Of a stretch of 64,000 nt of DNA, positions 11,341 to 21,936 are shown one piece after another; positions within the stretch are counted from its first letter, which is position 1; every line of letters begins with the position of its first letter. Origin of the DNA: an uncultured Clostridia bacterium (GTDB taxonomy: Bacteria; Bacillota; Clostridia; TANB77; CAG-508); the NCBI GenBank assembly GCA_947629625.1, contig CANRES010000002.1, positions 1,652 through 65,651 on the forward strand, in the 5' to 3' direction. The translations under genes and the position numbers were made by a program. The notes under the pieces are model-generated. The model had not been told where the DNA came from. It saw only the letters and a program-made list of their open reading frames with translations, and ran no database searches.

Positions 11341-11586
11341 TTATTGCTGTAATTCATTTTTTACTTGATTAATTTCATCTTGTGTAGCAGGTTGAGCAGG
11401 TTTATAATATCCCTTAGTTTGAGCAACTTTAAATAATTCAAATTGAAAACTTTCACAAGTATTTCTTATTTGTTGAATAGTCTGTCTAAGTTGCATATTT
11501 TCAGTTTCATTAATAACACCTTGATAAGTAGTAAGTTCAGATTTTGTAGAATCTAAAATATCATTAACCATAGTTTTTTCTTCCAT
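11341..11586 (-). CDS. CotF-like (coat_F family) small spore coat protein
   Basis: 81-aa helical protein in tandem with a second small paralog-like ORF; sporulation context nearby. Confidence 0.45.
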   Translation of the reverse strand: MEEKTMVNDILDSTKSELTTYQGVINETENMQLRQTIQQIRNTCESFQFELFKVAQTKGYYKPAQPATQDEINQVKNELQQ

Positions 11587-11595
11587 AAAAACCTC

Positions 11596-11784
11596 CTAAT
11601 TATTTAAAAAAGACATTAATTTTTGTTTAGTATTCAATGCATCTTGAGCAGACTTCGTAAAAATTTGTTTAATTTGAGGGTCTACACATTGATTAGCATA
11701 GTTGTTTAATTTTTCATAAGAAGTCTCATGAACACCAACTAAATGTCTTATATTTTGTAATTCAACTTGACTAAGATTAGCCAT
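11596..11784 (-). CDS. CotF-like small spore coat protein, 62 aa
   Basis: Small ORF immediately upstream of the 81-aa ORF; same size class and composition. Confidence 0.4.
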   Translation of the reverse strand: MANLSQVELQNIRHLVGVHETSYEKLNNYANQCVDPQIKQIFTKSAQDALNTKQKLMSFLNN

Positions 11785-11957
11785 AAAAATTCATTCCTTT
11801 CCGGTACAAATTTAGAATAAAAAATAAATAAGATTTTTTTTTAAACCAATTACCTTTAATATACTTAATATAATTATGTACAAAATAAAAAATGAATATA
11901 CAAAAACATTAACAAATTAAAAATATAGAGCATATTATATGAAAAGGAGGTATTAAA

Positions 11958-12500
11958 ATGTATACAGATTATAATAATTTTAATCAATTTTACGGATTCA
12001 ACGACTATAACATGAGGGATTATAATATGAGAGATTATAATCTAAGAAGCACTGAACAAATGAAAAATACATATGATGATGAATTAATTTCATTAAATCA
12101 AGCAATAGAACTAATAAGAACATCAGTAGGAAATGAAAGAGAAGATGAATTGTTTTATGATAATTTAATAAAAATAGCACCAACAGATAAAGAGAAGGAT
12201 ATTATAAAAAGTATTAGAGATGACGAGAAAAAACATAATAAAATATTAAGAGAGTTATATTACAATTTTACAGGTCAAATGATACCACCTGATACTTTAA
12301 ATCAAAGTACAGAAAGTAAATTAACATATAAGGAATTATTAGAAAAAGCATTATTTGGAGAATTAGATGCAGTTGTAAAATATAGAAAAATATTAGGAAA
12401 AATGCCTAGTGGAGATAGTTATATCTTACTAATGTCAATAATGACAGATGAAATAAAACATGCGAATAAATATAATTTTTTAATAGCAACTGCAAAATAA
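11958..12500 (+). CDS. Ferritin-like/rubrerythrin-like domain protein, possibly spore-coat associated
   Basis: Two E-x2-H motifs (DDEKKHNKIL, TDEIKHANKY) typical of a di-iron ferritin-like fold. Strong RBS aaaggagg. Upstream AC..N16..CATATTATA resembles a sigma-K promoter. Confidence 0.5.
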   Translation: MYTDYNNFNQFYGFNDYNMRDYNMRDYNLRSTEQMKNTYDDELISLNQAIELIRTSVGNEREDELFYDNLIKIAPTDKEKDIIKSIRDDEKKHNKILRELYYNFTGQMIPPDTLNQSTESKLTYKELLEKALFGELDAVVKYRKILGKMPSGDSYILLMSIMTDEIKHANKYNFLIATAK

Positions 12501-12552
12501 TATGGTATTACTTATAATTTAAATTCATTTGAATATTTACTTATTAAAAATA

Positions 12553-12593
12553 CACCTCCAAATATTAGATTTTTTTCTAACATTTTGGAGGTG
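12553..12593. terminator. Bidirectional hairpin between convergent genes
   Basis: cacctccaaa...tttggaggtg, 10-bp stem with a T-rich loop. Confidence 0.4.
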
Positions 12594-12634
12594 CACTTCA
12601 ATTAAAAGCAACTTTATTTTATTATTACTTTAAC

Positions 12635-13568
12635 CTAAATTTTTATTTTTTCAATTTCCAATTTACTTAAACCAGTAATTTCAATGATAGTATCAATATT
12701 CATTTTTTTAAGTAACATTTTTTTAGCTATTGCAATTTTTTCTTTATTTATGCCTTTCTCCATGCCTTTTTCCATACCTTGTTCCATACCTTGTGCAATT
12801 CCTTTTTGCATACCTTTTTCTAAACCATCTTGTAAAATTTTTTCAGTTAAATATTGAATTCTAGAAGCTTCATCACAAGCAGCTTTAAATTGCAAAAACT
12901 CTAACCTTTTTAATTCGGCATCACCACTTAAATACTCTAATTCTTCATTAGCTTTTTTAATTTGTTTATTGTTTTTAATTGCCATTTTAATCAACTCCTT
13001 GTTCATACCGTCTATAAAGGTTAGCCATTGTTCTAATTTATTACTTAAATCTGGACGTTGCCTTCTAAATTTTGGTAATTCTATAAAATGATATTTTAAT
13101 GATTTAATCATTTCATAATCTCTATGCTTTTTTGAAACAGTAACTGTCTCAGTATGATATTCAGGTAAATCTGTTAATTCATAATCTAAAATATTTATCA
13201 TAATAACATCCTTCATATCACCGATATTTTTCACCTGAGACTAATTGTTCACTCATTAATTTACCAGCATAAAATAAAGACCTTTTTTCAATATCCTTAT
13301 TATCAATAACTTGCATTTCAATATTTACAATGATTCCATCATTTAAAGTTGCTTTAATATCAAGTATACCATATTTATTTTTTTTAGATAATCTTTCTAA
13401 CCTTGCTTCTGGTATTATTTCAATTTTATTAATTGGTATTTCAAGTATGGCCTCTAAAAAATCTATTAACATACTTTCATTACCTTTTTTGCTAAATAGC
13501 CTATTGAATACAAAATCTGTTTTTACAGATAATAAATCTTTCATGTAATTCCTCCTATATTTTAACAC
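12635..13568 (-). pseudogene. Rpn-family recombination-promoting nuclease/putative transposase (PD-(D/E)XK, Transposase_31), split by a frameshift in an A5 run near 13220
   Basis: N-terminal piece 13218..13568 plus C-terminal piece 12635..13234 overlap. Removing one A from gtgaaaaatatc gives a continuous ...LVSGENIGDMKDVIMINILDYEL.... Confidence 0.6.
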
Positions 13569-13942
13569 TTTGCCATTTTGTTTGCAAGAGTTTTTAAAAA
13601 ATTTATAAAATTTAAGAGAACAATTAATTTATTGCAAAAAATGGTATACCTCCTTTCAAGTTATTTAATTAATATCTTAATTGATTAAAATTAGGCGAAT
13701 CGCCTCGATTTTTGTTTTGATATAATCAAATTGTCTTAAATATGTATTGAATTAACATATTATGAAAAAATATAAATAAAACAATAAAATATTGTTTCTT
13801 AAAATTTACATATAAAATTTATATAATAAAAACATGAAAAAGTCAAGAAAAATATTTCGACAAAAAAACACATATTTTGATAAAATATAAATAAAATAAT
13901 TAATAAACGAACATATATTTTTATATAAGACAGTAAAAAAAC

Positions 13943-13971
13943 TTGACAAAACTACTACTTAGTTGTAAAAT
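13943..13971 (+). promoter_or_regulatory. Sigma-A promoter TTGACA-N17-TAAAAT for gdpP
   Basis: acTTGACAaaactactacttagttgTAAAAT. Confidence 0.5.
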
Positions 13972-13998
13972 ATAAGCATTAAATAAAAGGAGAATTTT

Positions 13999-16017
13999 AT
14001 GCCAAATAATAATAAAAAAATACTTAAAATAGGAAGTTTCAAAACAGAAATATATCTAGCAATAATAGCAATATTGTTAATAATAATATGCATACAAAAT
14101 TCAGTATTAATAGTACCTTCAATAATAATATATGCATTAATATTACTATACACATTTTGGAATGATAATAAAAGAAAAACAGAAATAACAGAACACATTC
14201 AAGAAATCACAGGAAATGTTGAAACAGCAGCAAAAAATTCACTAGCAAACTCACCATTCCCATTAATATTAGTGGAAACAGATGGAAACATTGTATGGAA
14301 AAACTTTAAATTCAACAATGAATTCGCAAACATAGATATAAAAAATATATTAATAGATACAGTAAAAGAAATAAAAATAGAATTAGAAAAAAGACCAAAT
14401 AAAAAAGATAAAACAATAGAAAAAGAAATAAATATAGAAAAGAAAACATACAAAATAGTTGGAGAATATGTAAAAGTAAAACAAAAAGGAAGAAATAAAC
14501 AAACAGTATATACACTATTACTATATTTTATAGACCAAACAGACTATCTAAACGCACTAAAAGAAATAAAAGAATCAAAAACATGTGTAGGAATATTAAA
14601 AATAGACAATTATGAAGAAACAATAAAAGAAATATCACCAGAAACAAGACCACAAATACTTGCAGAAATAGAAAAAAACATATATGAATGGGCATTAGCT
14701 GCAAATGCTATGATAATAAAAACAGAAAAAGACACTTATGTAATAACATTTGAAAATAAATATTTAGAAAAACTAAAAGAAAACAAATTCGAAATTTTAG
14801 ACAGTGTCAAAGAAATAGACGTACAAGGAATTTTACAAATGACATTAACAATAGCAATTTCAAATGATGGAGAAACAAACCAAGAAAAATATAAAACAGC
14901 AATAGCAACAATGGATGTAGCATTAGGAAGAGGAGGAGACCAAGCAGTAATTAGAGAAGATGGAAAATATGAATTCTTTGGAGGAAGAACACAAGAAGTA
15001 GAAAAAAGAACAAAAGTAAAAGCAAGAATAGTAGCACACGCATTAGAAGAATTAATAATAGAAGCAAATGATGTAATGATAATGGGACATACAAATGGAG
15101 ACATAGACTCAATGGGTTCAAGCATGGGCTTATATAGATTAGCAAAAAATCTAGAAAAAGAAGCACATATAGTAAATAACACATTTGGATTATCATTAAG
15201 CAATTTCATAGAAACAATAAAAGAAAATGAAGATTATAAAGATGTTTTTTATGATAAAGCAGAGGCAATGTCAAAAATAACATCAAAAACATTATTAATA
15301 GTAGTAGACACACATAAGAAAAGTTATGTAGAAGTACCAGAACTATTAGAAAAAACAAATAAAATAGTAGTAATAGACCACCATAGAATAAGCACAGACT
15401 ATATAGATAATGCAATATTAACTTTTCATGAAGTATACGCATCATCTGCATCAGAACTTGTAACAGAATTATTACAATATGCAAATAAAGAGCCAGAAAT
15501 AACAACCTTAGAAGCAGAAAGCCTATATGGAGGAATAATGGTAGATACCAAAAACTTTACATTTAAAACAGGTGTAAGAACATTTGAAGCAGCAGCATAT
15601 TTAAGAAAATGTGGTGTAGATATAATAAAAGTAAAAAAATGGTTTCAAAGTGATTTACAAAGCTACAACCTAATTGCAGAAATAGTAAAAAAAGCAGAAG
15701 TTATAAATGACACAATAGCAATATCAATATACGATAAAAAAGATAAGGATGCAAACCTAATTTGTGCAAAAGCAGCAGACGAACTATTAACAATAAGTAC
15801 AATAACAGCATCATTTGTTATAGGATATCTAGGAGAAAAAGTTTGTATAAGCGGAAGGTCATTAGGAGATATTAATGTACAACTAATACTAGAACAATTA
15901 GGAGGCGGAGGTCATATAACCTTAGCAGGAGCACAAGTTGAAGGAATGACACAAGAAGAAGTAAAACAAGAATTAATTACTATAATAAAACAATATTTTA
16001 ATGAAAGCGAAGCCTAA
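13999..16017 (+). CDS. gdpP: Cyclic-di-AMP phosphodiesterase GdpP (TM-PAS-degenerate GGDEF-DHH-DHHA1)
   Basis: Two N-terminal TMs, DHH motif VVIDHHR, DHHA1 GGGH motif LGGGGHITLAG; conserved gdpP-rplI-dnaB synteny. Confidence 0.85.
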   Translation: MPNNNKKILKIGSFKTEIYLAIIAILLIIICIQNSVLIVPSIIIYALILLYTFWNDNKRKTEITEHIQEITGNVETAAKNSLANSPFPLILVETDGNIVWKNFKFNNEFANIDIKNILIDTVKEIKIELEKRPNKKDKTIEKEINIEKKTYKIVGEYVKVKQKGRNKQTVYTLLLYFIDQTDYLNALKEIKESKTCVGILKIDNYEETIKEISPETRPQILAEIEKNIYEWALAANAMIIKTEKDTYVITFENKYLEKLKENKFEILDSVKEIDVQGILQMTLTIAISNDGETNQEKYKTAIATMDVALGRGGDQAVIREDGKYEFFGGRTQEVEKRTKVKARIVAHALEELIIEANDVMIMGHTNGDIDSMGSSMGLYRLAKNLEKEAHIVNNTFGLSLSNFIETIKENEDYKDVFYDKAEAMSKITSKTLLIVVDTHKKSYVEVPELLEKTNKIVVIDHHRISTDYIDNAILTFHEVYASSASELVTELLQYANKEPEITTLEAESLYGGIMVDTKNFTFKTGVRTFEAAAYLRKCGVDIIKVKKWFQSDLQSYNLIAEIVKKAEVINDTIAISIYDKKDKDANLICAKAADELLTISTITASFVIGYLGEKVCISGRSLGDINVQLILEQLGGGGHITLAGAQVEGMTQEEVKQELITIIKQYFNESEA

Positions 16018-16040
16018 TATATAAAGAAAGGGTGAAGAAA

Positions 16041-16490
16041 ATGAAGGTAATTTTATGTGCAGATATAAAAAACGTTGGAAAAAAAGATGAAGTAATAAAT
16101 GCAAGTGATGGATATGCAAGAAACTTTTTATTTCCAAGAAAACTAGCAGTACCGGCAGACAAAGAAAATATGAGTAAACTACAAGCAAAACAAGAATCAA
16201 AAGAATATAAAAGAGGACTAGAATTAGAAGAAACAAAAAAAGTTGCTGATAAATTAAATGAAATAACATTAAAGATAAAAACAAAATCAGGAGAAAATGG
16301 AAAACTATTTGGTTCAATAACATCAAAAGAAATATCACAAAACCTAGAAGAACAATATAAAATCAGTGTTGATAAGAAAAAAATAAATTTAAAAGAACCA
16401 ATAAAAAATATAGGGACAACTATTGTAGATATAAAGTTATTTGAAGGAGTAACTGCAAAACTAAAAGTAATGATAATTGAAGGGAATTAA
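16041..16490 (+). CDS. rplI: 50S ribosomal protein L9
   Basis: MKVILCADIKNVGKKDEVINASDGYARNFLFPRKLA is the canonical L9 N-terminus. Confidence 0.9.
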   Translation: MKVILCADIKNVGKKDEVINASDGYARNFLFPRKLAVPADKENMSKLQAKQESKEYKRGLELEETKKVADKLNEITLKIKTKSGENGKLFGSITSKEISQNLEEQYKISVDKKKINLKEPIKNIGTTIVDIKLFEGVTAKLKVMIIEGN

Positions 16491-16497
16491 ATGTAGT

Positions 16498-17829
16498 ATG
16501 GAACTAGGAAAAATACCACCAAACGATATAGAAGCAGAACAAGCAATATTAGGCTGTATGTTAACAGATAAAGATGCTGTAATTTCTGCATTAGAAATAT
16601 TAAAAGAAGAAGATTTTTATAGAGAAGATAACAAAGCAATATATTCAGCAATAACAAATTTATATAATAGAGCAGAACCAATAGATATAATTACAGTAAA
16701 AGCAGAATTATCTTCAATAGGTAAATTAGAAAGTGTTGGTGGACTAGGATACCTTGCAGAATTACCAGATAAAGTTCCAACAACCGCAAATGTAGATAGA
16801 TATATAAAAATAGTAGAAGAAAAATCAATATTAAGAAGTTTAATAAAAACATCAAATGAACTAATAACATTAGGATATGATGATACACAAGAAGTTGATA
16901 CTATCATAGACGTTGCAGAAAAGAAAATATTTAACCTAATGCAAAATAGAAATCAAAAGGGATATACACCAATAAAAGATGTATTAGTAGAAACATTTGC
17001 ACAACTAGAACAACTATATAATCAAAAACAAGCTGTAACAGGTGTGCCTACGGGATTTTTAGATTTAGACCATAGAACATCAGGATTACACAAATCAGAT
17101 TTAGTTTTAATTGCTGCAAGACCAGCAATGGGAAAATCTGCATTTGCAATAAATATAGCAACAAATGCAGCATTAAGAGCAAAAACACCAGTTATAATAT
17201 TTAGTTTAGAGATGTCAAAAGAACAGGTTGTAAGTAGAATTCTATCAAGTGAAGCAATGGTAGATAGCAACAAAATTAGAACAGGAAAAATAGAAGAAGA
17301 TGATTGGGGAAAATTAGCAGGCTCATTAGGACCACTTTCAGAAGCAGAAATATATATAGACGATACACCCGGAATATCAATTACAGAAATAAGAGCAAAA
17401 TGTAGAAAACTAAAATTAGAAAAAAATATTGGACTTGTAGTTATAGACTATTTACAATTAATACAAGGAACAGGAAAAAGAAATAGCAGTCGTGAGCAAG
17501 AAATATCAGAAATAAGTAGGTCATTAAAAATATTGGCAAAAGAATTAGATGTACCAGTAATTGCATTATCACAATTATCAAGAGCAGCAGAAGCAAGACC
17601 AGACCATAGACCAATGTTGTCTGATTTACGTGAATCTGGTGCAATAGAGCAAGATGCAGATATTGTAATGTTTTTATATAGAGATGATTATTATAATCAA
17701 GATTCAGAAAAGAAAAATATAGCAGAAGTTATAATCGCAAAACATAGGGCAGGAGCAACAGGAACAGTTGAATTATTGTGGTTAAGTAACTTTACAAAAT
17801 TTGCAAACATTGAACGTTACAGAGATTAA
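16498..17829 (+). CDS. dnaB: Replicative DNA helicase DnaB
   Basis: MELGKIPPNDIEAEQAILGCML..., Walker A ARPAMGKSAF, RecA-like C-terminal domain. Confidence 0.9.
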   Translation: MELGKIPPNDIEAEQAILGCMLTDKDAVISALEILKEEDFYREDNKAIYSAITNLYNRAEPIDIITVKAELSSIGKLESVGGLGYLAELPDKVPTTANVDRYIKIVEEKSILRSLIKTSNELITLGYDDTQEVDTIIDVAEKKIFNLMQNRNQKGYTPIKDVLVETFAQLEQLYNQKQAVTGVPTGFLDLDHRTSGLHKSDLVLIAARPAMGKSAFAINIATNAALRAKTPVIIFSLEMSKEQVVSRILSSEAMVDSNKIRTGKIEEDDWGKLAGSLGPLSEAEIYIDDTPGISITEIRAKCRKLKLEKNIGLVVIDYLQLIQGTGKRNSSREQEISEISRSLKILAKELDVPVIALSQLSRAAEARPDHRPMLSDLRESGAIEQDADIVMFLYRDDYYNQDSEKKNIAEVIIAKHRAGATGTVELLWLSNFTKFANIERYRD

Positions 17830-17839
17830 AGAGGAATAA

Positions 17840-18829
17840 ATGAAAGAAGAAATTTTAAAAACAATAAAAGAGTATAAACAAATAGAAAATGGAGATAGTA
17901 TAATAATAGGAGTCTCAGGTGGTCCAGACTCAATGTGTTTACTCAATGTTTTAAATGAAATAAAAGAAGAAAAAATAATCAATTTTAAAATATATGTAGC
18001 ACATGTAAATCACATGATTAGAGAAGAAGCAGATTCAGATGAAGAATATGTTAAAAAAATTTGTGAAAAAAAAGATATTCCATTTTTCTCAAAAAAAATA
18101 GATATAAAAAATGAAGCAAAGAAAAATAAAATAGGAACAGAAGAAACAGGAAGAAAATCTAGATATGATTTTTTTGAAGAAATATTGGTAAAAACAAATT
18201 CAAATAAAATAGCAACAGCACATACAGCAAATGATAATGCAGAAACTGTATTAATGAATATTATAAGAGGAAGTGGAACATCAGGCTTAAAAGGCATACT
18301 ACCCGTAAGAGAAAATAAATATATAAGACCATTAATAAATACATCAAGAGAAGAAATAGAAAAATATTGTGAAGAAAAAAATCTAAATCCAAGAATAGAT
18401 AAAACAAATAAAGAAAACGTATATACAAGAAATAAAATTAGAAATCAATTAATACCATATATAAAAGAAGAATTTAATCCAAATATCATAAAAGCAATAA
18501 ATAGATTATCTGAAATTTCATGTATTGAAAACGAATTTATACAAAATATAGTAGAGAAAAATTATAAAGAAATTGTAATAGAAGAAAAAAAAGAACAAAT
18601 AGAATTAGACTTAAAAAAGTTTAATTCCCAAGAAACAGTTATAAAAAGCAGAATAATATTATATACTATTAATAAATTACTAGGGAACTGTCAAGGAATA
18701 GAATTAATTCACATAAAAGACATAATAAAACTATGTGAAAACAATATTGGAAATAAATTTTTAATACCAAATAAAAAAGTAAAAATAATTGTAAAAAACA
18801 AAAAAATTTTTTTTCTACCTAATATGTAG
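17840..18829 (+). CDS. tilS: tRNA(Ile)-lysidine synthetase, short form (329 aa)
   Basis: PP-loop SGGPDS; located upstream of ftsH as usual, but no hpt gene lies between them. Confidence 0.8.
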   Translation: MKEEILKTIKEYKQIENGDSIIIGVSGGPDSMCLLNVLNEIKEEKIINFKIYVAHVNHMIREEADSDEEYVKKICEKKDIPFFSKKIDIKNEAKKNKIGTEETGRKSRYDFFEEILVKTNSNKIATAHTANDNAETVLMNIIRGSGTSGLKGILPVRENKYIRPLINTSREEIEKYCEEKNLNPRIDKTNKENVYTRNKIRNQLIPYIKEEFNPNIIKAINRLSEISCIENEFIQNIVEKNYKEIVIEEKKEQIELDLKKFNSQETVIKSRIILYTINKLLGNCQGIELIHIKDIIKLCENNIGNKFLIPNKKVKIIVKNKKIFFLPNM

Positions 18830-18889
18830 TTCCGTAAATAAAACCTTACATACAAGCAAGTTACAAAGAAAAAACTTTTAAAAAAAGTA

Positions 18890-18918
18890 TTGAAAAGTAA
18901 AATTAAATGTGATATAGT
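18890..18918 (+). promoter_or_regulatory. Sigma-A promoter TTGAAA-N17-TATAGT for ftsH
   Basis: Sequence match only. Confidence 0.4.
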
Positions 18919-18957
18919 TCAAAAAGTAAAATTTTATACATAGGAGGTTTAATTAAA

Positions 18958-20757
18958 TTGAAGAATGGTTTAAAAACACTAGCAATGTGGATTATAATAG
19001 GTATAATTTTCATTGTAGTATTATCGTCAATATTAGATAACTCAGATACAAAAATGAGTTATTCAGATTTAATTAATAAAATAGAAACAGGAGAAGTTAC
19101 AGAAATAGAAATAGCATCAGGTGGAGAAAAAGCATACGTAAAATTAAAAGGAGATAATGTTGAAAAAGAAGTAAATATTCCAAGTCTAGATAGTTTTGTA
19201 GATTATTCAACAGACTATTTAAAAGCAGGAACAATAAAATTATCAGAAAAATCTGAATCAATATTTATAACAATATTAGGATTATTATCACCATTTGGAA
19301 TATTGATAATATTCTTTATATTCTGGTTCTTTATGATGAATAGTCAACAAGGAGGAAATAAAACAGTATCATTTGGAAAAAGCAAAGCAAGAGTAATGAC
19401 ACCAGCAGATAAAAACAAAATAACATTTGCAGACGTAGCTGGAGTTGACGAAGAAAAAGAAGAATTAGAAGAAATAGTAGAATTTTTAAAAAATCCAAAG
19501 AAATTTACAGACATGGGAGCAAGAATACCAAAAGGAGTATTATTAGTAGGTCAACCAGGAACTGGTAAAACATTACTTGCAAAAGCAGTTGCAGGAGAAG
19601 CAGGAGTACCATTCTTCATAATGAGTGGATCAGACTTCGTAGAAATGTTTGTTGGTGTTGGTGCAGCAAGAGTAAGAGATTTATTTGAACAAGCAAAGAA
19701 AAATGCTCCATGTATAATATTTATAGATGAAATAGATGCAGTAGGACGTCAAAGAGGAGCAGGACTTGGTGGAGGACATGATGAAAGAGAACAAACATTA
19801 AATCAAATGTTAGTTGAAATGGACGGATTTGGAACAAACGAGGGAGTTATAGTTTTAGCAGCAACAAATAGACCAGATGTATTAGATAAAGCATTATTAA
19901 GACCTGGTAGATTTGATAGACAAATAGTAGTTTCAGCACCAGATGTACTAGCAAGAGAACAAATATTAGAAGTACATGCAAGAAAGAAAAGATTATCAGA
20001 AGATGTAGATTTAAAAACAATAGCAAAAAATACATCAGGATTTTCAGGTGCAGACCTTGAAAATGTATTAAATGAAGCCGCATTATTAGCAGCAAGAAGA
20101 AATAAAAATGAAATAGGAATGGCAGAAATAGAAGATGCTATGGTAAAAGTTACAATGGGACCTGAAAAGAAAACAAGAGTAAGAAGTGAAAAAGAAAATA
20201 AATTAGTTGCATACCATGAAGCAGGTCATGCAGTAGTTAGTAGATTTTTACCAACACAAGATGCTGTACATCAAATATCAATAGTACCAAGAGGTATGGC
20301 TGGTGGTTATACTATGTATAGACCAACAGAAGATAAATCATTTATGTCAAAATCTGAAATGGAAGAAAACATAGTATCACTTTTAGGTGGTAGAGTTGCA
20401 GAACAATTAATATTAAATGATATATCAACAGGAGCAAGTAACGATATAGAAAGAGCATCAAAAATAGCAAGAGCAATGGTAACAAAATACGGTATGAGTG
20501 ATAGAATAGGTGCAATAATGTTTGGCTCAGACCAAGAAGAAGTATTTTTAGGTAGAGATTTTGCTCAATCTAAAAATTATTCTGAAGAAACAGCAGCAGT
20601 TATAGATATAGAAACTAAAAAGATTATTGATATAGCATATAAAAGAGCAGAAGAAATTTTAACACAAAATATAGATAAATTACATCAAGTAGCCCAAATT
20701 CTTCTTGAAAAAGAAAAAATCGATGGAGAAGAATTTGATAAAATATTTGAAAATTAA
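18958..20757 (+). CDS. ftsH: ATP-dependent zinc metalloprotease FtsH
   Basis: Walker [12 protein letters not shown] region, HEAGHA zinc motif; TTG start 10 nt after GGAGG. Confidence 0.9.
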   Translation: MKNGLKTLAMWIIIGIIFIVVLSSILDNSDTKMSYSDLINKIETGEVTEIEIASGGEKAYVKLKGDNVEKEVNIPSLDSFVDYSTDYLKAGTIKLSEKSESIFITILGLLSPFGILIIFFIFWFFMMNSQQGGNKTVSFGKSKARVMTPADKNKITFADVAGVDEEKEELEEIVEFLKNPKKFTDMGARIPKGVLLVGQPGTGKTLLAKAVAGEAGVPFFIMSGSDFVEMFVGVGAARVRDLFEQAKKNAPCIIFIDEIDAVGRQRGAGLGGGHDEREQTLNQMLVEMDGFGTNEGVIVLAATNRPDVLDKALLRPGRFDRQIVVSAPDVLAREQILEVHARKKRLSEDVDLKTIAKNTSGFSGADLENVLNEAALLAARRNKNEIGMAEIEDAMVKVTMGPEKKTRVRSEKENKLVAYHEAGHAVVSRFLPTQDAVHQISIVPRGMAGGYTMYRPTEDKSFMSKSEMEENIVSLLGGRVAEQLILNDISTGASNDIERASKIARAMVTKYGMSDRIGAIMFGSDQEEVFLGRDFAQSKNYSEETAAVIDIETKKIIDIAYKRAEEILTQNIDKLHQVAQILLEKEKIDGEEFDKIFEN

Positions 20758-20762
20758 ACATG

Positions 20763-20812
20763 CGCACATCGGGGACGCAAAAAAGCGCAAACGCACATCG
20801 GGGACGTAAAAA
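20763..20812. repeat. Two GC-rich direct repeats CGCACATCGGGGACG(C/T)AAAAAA immediately 3' of ftsH
   Basis: 20763-20784 and 20791-20812 are near-identical. Flanked by the 6-mers gcacat (20764) and atgtgc (20812), which are reverse complements. Confidence 0.5.
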
Positions 20813-20880
20813 ATGTGCAAAATTTAAAATACAACATTGTGCATATTATCTGTATGTTAACAAAATTCCGTGTAAAACCC

Positions 20881-20910
20881 TTGACAAATAATACTAGTTT
20901 AATGTATAAT
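20881..20910 (+). promoter_or_regulatory. Consensus sigma-A promoter TTGACA-N18-TATAAT for rpsU
   Basis: ttgacaaataatactagtttaatgtataat. Confidence 0.6.
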
Positions 20911-20974
20911 AAATAGCGTATATAAAACAAATCCCGCAGAATGTTTTTCAAACACTGGAAGGAGGGGAATAATA

Positions 20975-21145
20975 ATGTCAGAGGTAAAAGTTAATAATGG
21001 AAATATAGAAGATGCTTTAAAAAGATTTAAAAGACAATGTGCAAGAAATGGCGTAATGCAAGAAGTAAAAAAGAGAGAACATTATGAAAAACCTAGTGTT
21101 AAGAGAAAGAAAAAATCAGAGGCTGCAAGAAAAAGAAAATTTTAA
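20975..21145 (+). CDS. rpsU: 30S ribosomal protein S21 (56 aa); below the ORF-track size cutoff
   Basis: [56 protein letters not shown]; RBS ggaggg. Confidence 0.9.
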   Translation: MSEVKVNNGNIEDALKRFKRQCARNGVMQEVKKREHYEKPSVKRKKKSEAARKRKF

Positions 21146-21156
21146 TAAATAATAAA

Positions 21157-21196
21157 AGAGAATTTAGAAAAATCTAAATTCTCTTAAATTTTTTTA
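21157..21196 (+). terminator. Rho-independent terminator after rpsU
   Basis: agagaatttag-aaaaat-ctaaattctct followed by a T-run. Confidence 0.7.
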
Positions 21197-21248
21197 AAAA
21201 CTAAATTTAATAGAAAATTAATTTTTAAATTACTAAAAATTTTTAAAA

Positions 21249-21440
21249 CTAATCTCTACTAAATAATAATTTAATACTCCATAAACCAGAAATACCTACT
21301 AAGGCATATATTATTCTACTAATTGCTGATAAACTACCAAATATTGTATCAACTAAATTAAACTTAAAGAACCCAATTAAACCCCAGTTTATGGCTCCAA
21401 TAATTACTAAAATAAGAGCAATTGTATCTATTGTTTTCAT
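21249..21440 (-). CDS. DUF378-family small membrane protein
   Basis: 63 aa, two TMs, ...GAINWGLIGFF... motif. Confidence 0.6.
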   Translation of the reverse strand: MKTIDTIALILVIIGAINWGLIGFFKFNLVDTIFGSLSAISRIIYALVGISGLWSIKLLFSRD

Positions 21441-21574
21441 ATTAAAAAAACCTCCATTTCATTTTGGTTTTATAATAGTATATTTCAAAATAAAAAAAAT
21501 ATGTATTAAAAAAATTTTTACCAAAATTTAACTTTTTTAATTAACTTATTAGGAGATTTTATTAATTTTCGATT

Positions 21575-21847
21575 TTATAATAATGCTTTATTATAACCAA
21601 AACCTGTATATGTTTTTGCAAGTTCAAATTTATTCATATTCATTAATTGTTGTTCTATAATATCTTGAATATCTTCAGCTAAAATTCTTTTTTTATCTAA
21701 TTCTTCTATATGTTTTACAATTTGCTTAATTTCTGTTTTACTTGCTTTTTCATTTGTATTTACTTCATTATTTGCCTTTTCAATAGCAACTTCTATTTTC
21801 TCTCTATTATAATAAACTGCTCTACCATCTCTTTTTATTACTTTCAT
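21575..21847 (-). CDS. Stand-alone ATP-cone domain protein (90 aa)
   Basis: MKVIKRDGRAVYYNREKIEVAIEKA matches the ATP-cone N-terminal signature (VIKRDG...F...KI..AI). Confidence 0.5.
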   Translation of the reverse strand: MKVIKRDGRAVYYNREKIEVAIEKANNEVNTNEKASKTEIKQIVKHIEELDKKRILAEDIQDIIEQQLMNMNKFELAKTYTGFGYNKALL

Positions 21848-21920
21848 TTTTACTCCCCCTTAAAAATACTAAGATATTAAAAAATCTATGATAATTATTT
21901 AACAACAAAATAAAAAAATC

Positions 21921-21936
21921 TGTTGCAAAAGCAACA
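21921..21936. promoter_or_regulatory. Perfect palindrome TGTTGC-AAAA-GCAACA in the divergent region between the ATP-cone gene and the Crp/Fnr gene
   Basis: Seen directly in sequence; candidate operator. Confidence 0.3.

Noticed and set aside
13850-13865. TTTCGACAAA (complement of Spo0A box TGTCGAA) upstream of gdpP
   Set aside because: A single 7-mer match in AT-rich DNA is expected by chance. No second box is present and no sporulation link for gdpP is known.
20754-20951. 65-aa minus-strand ORF spanning the ftsH-rpsU intergenic repeats
   Set aside because: It overlaps the rpsU promoter and the GC-rich direct repeats and has no RBS. The sequence is better explained as non-coding repeat/regulatory DNA.
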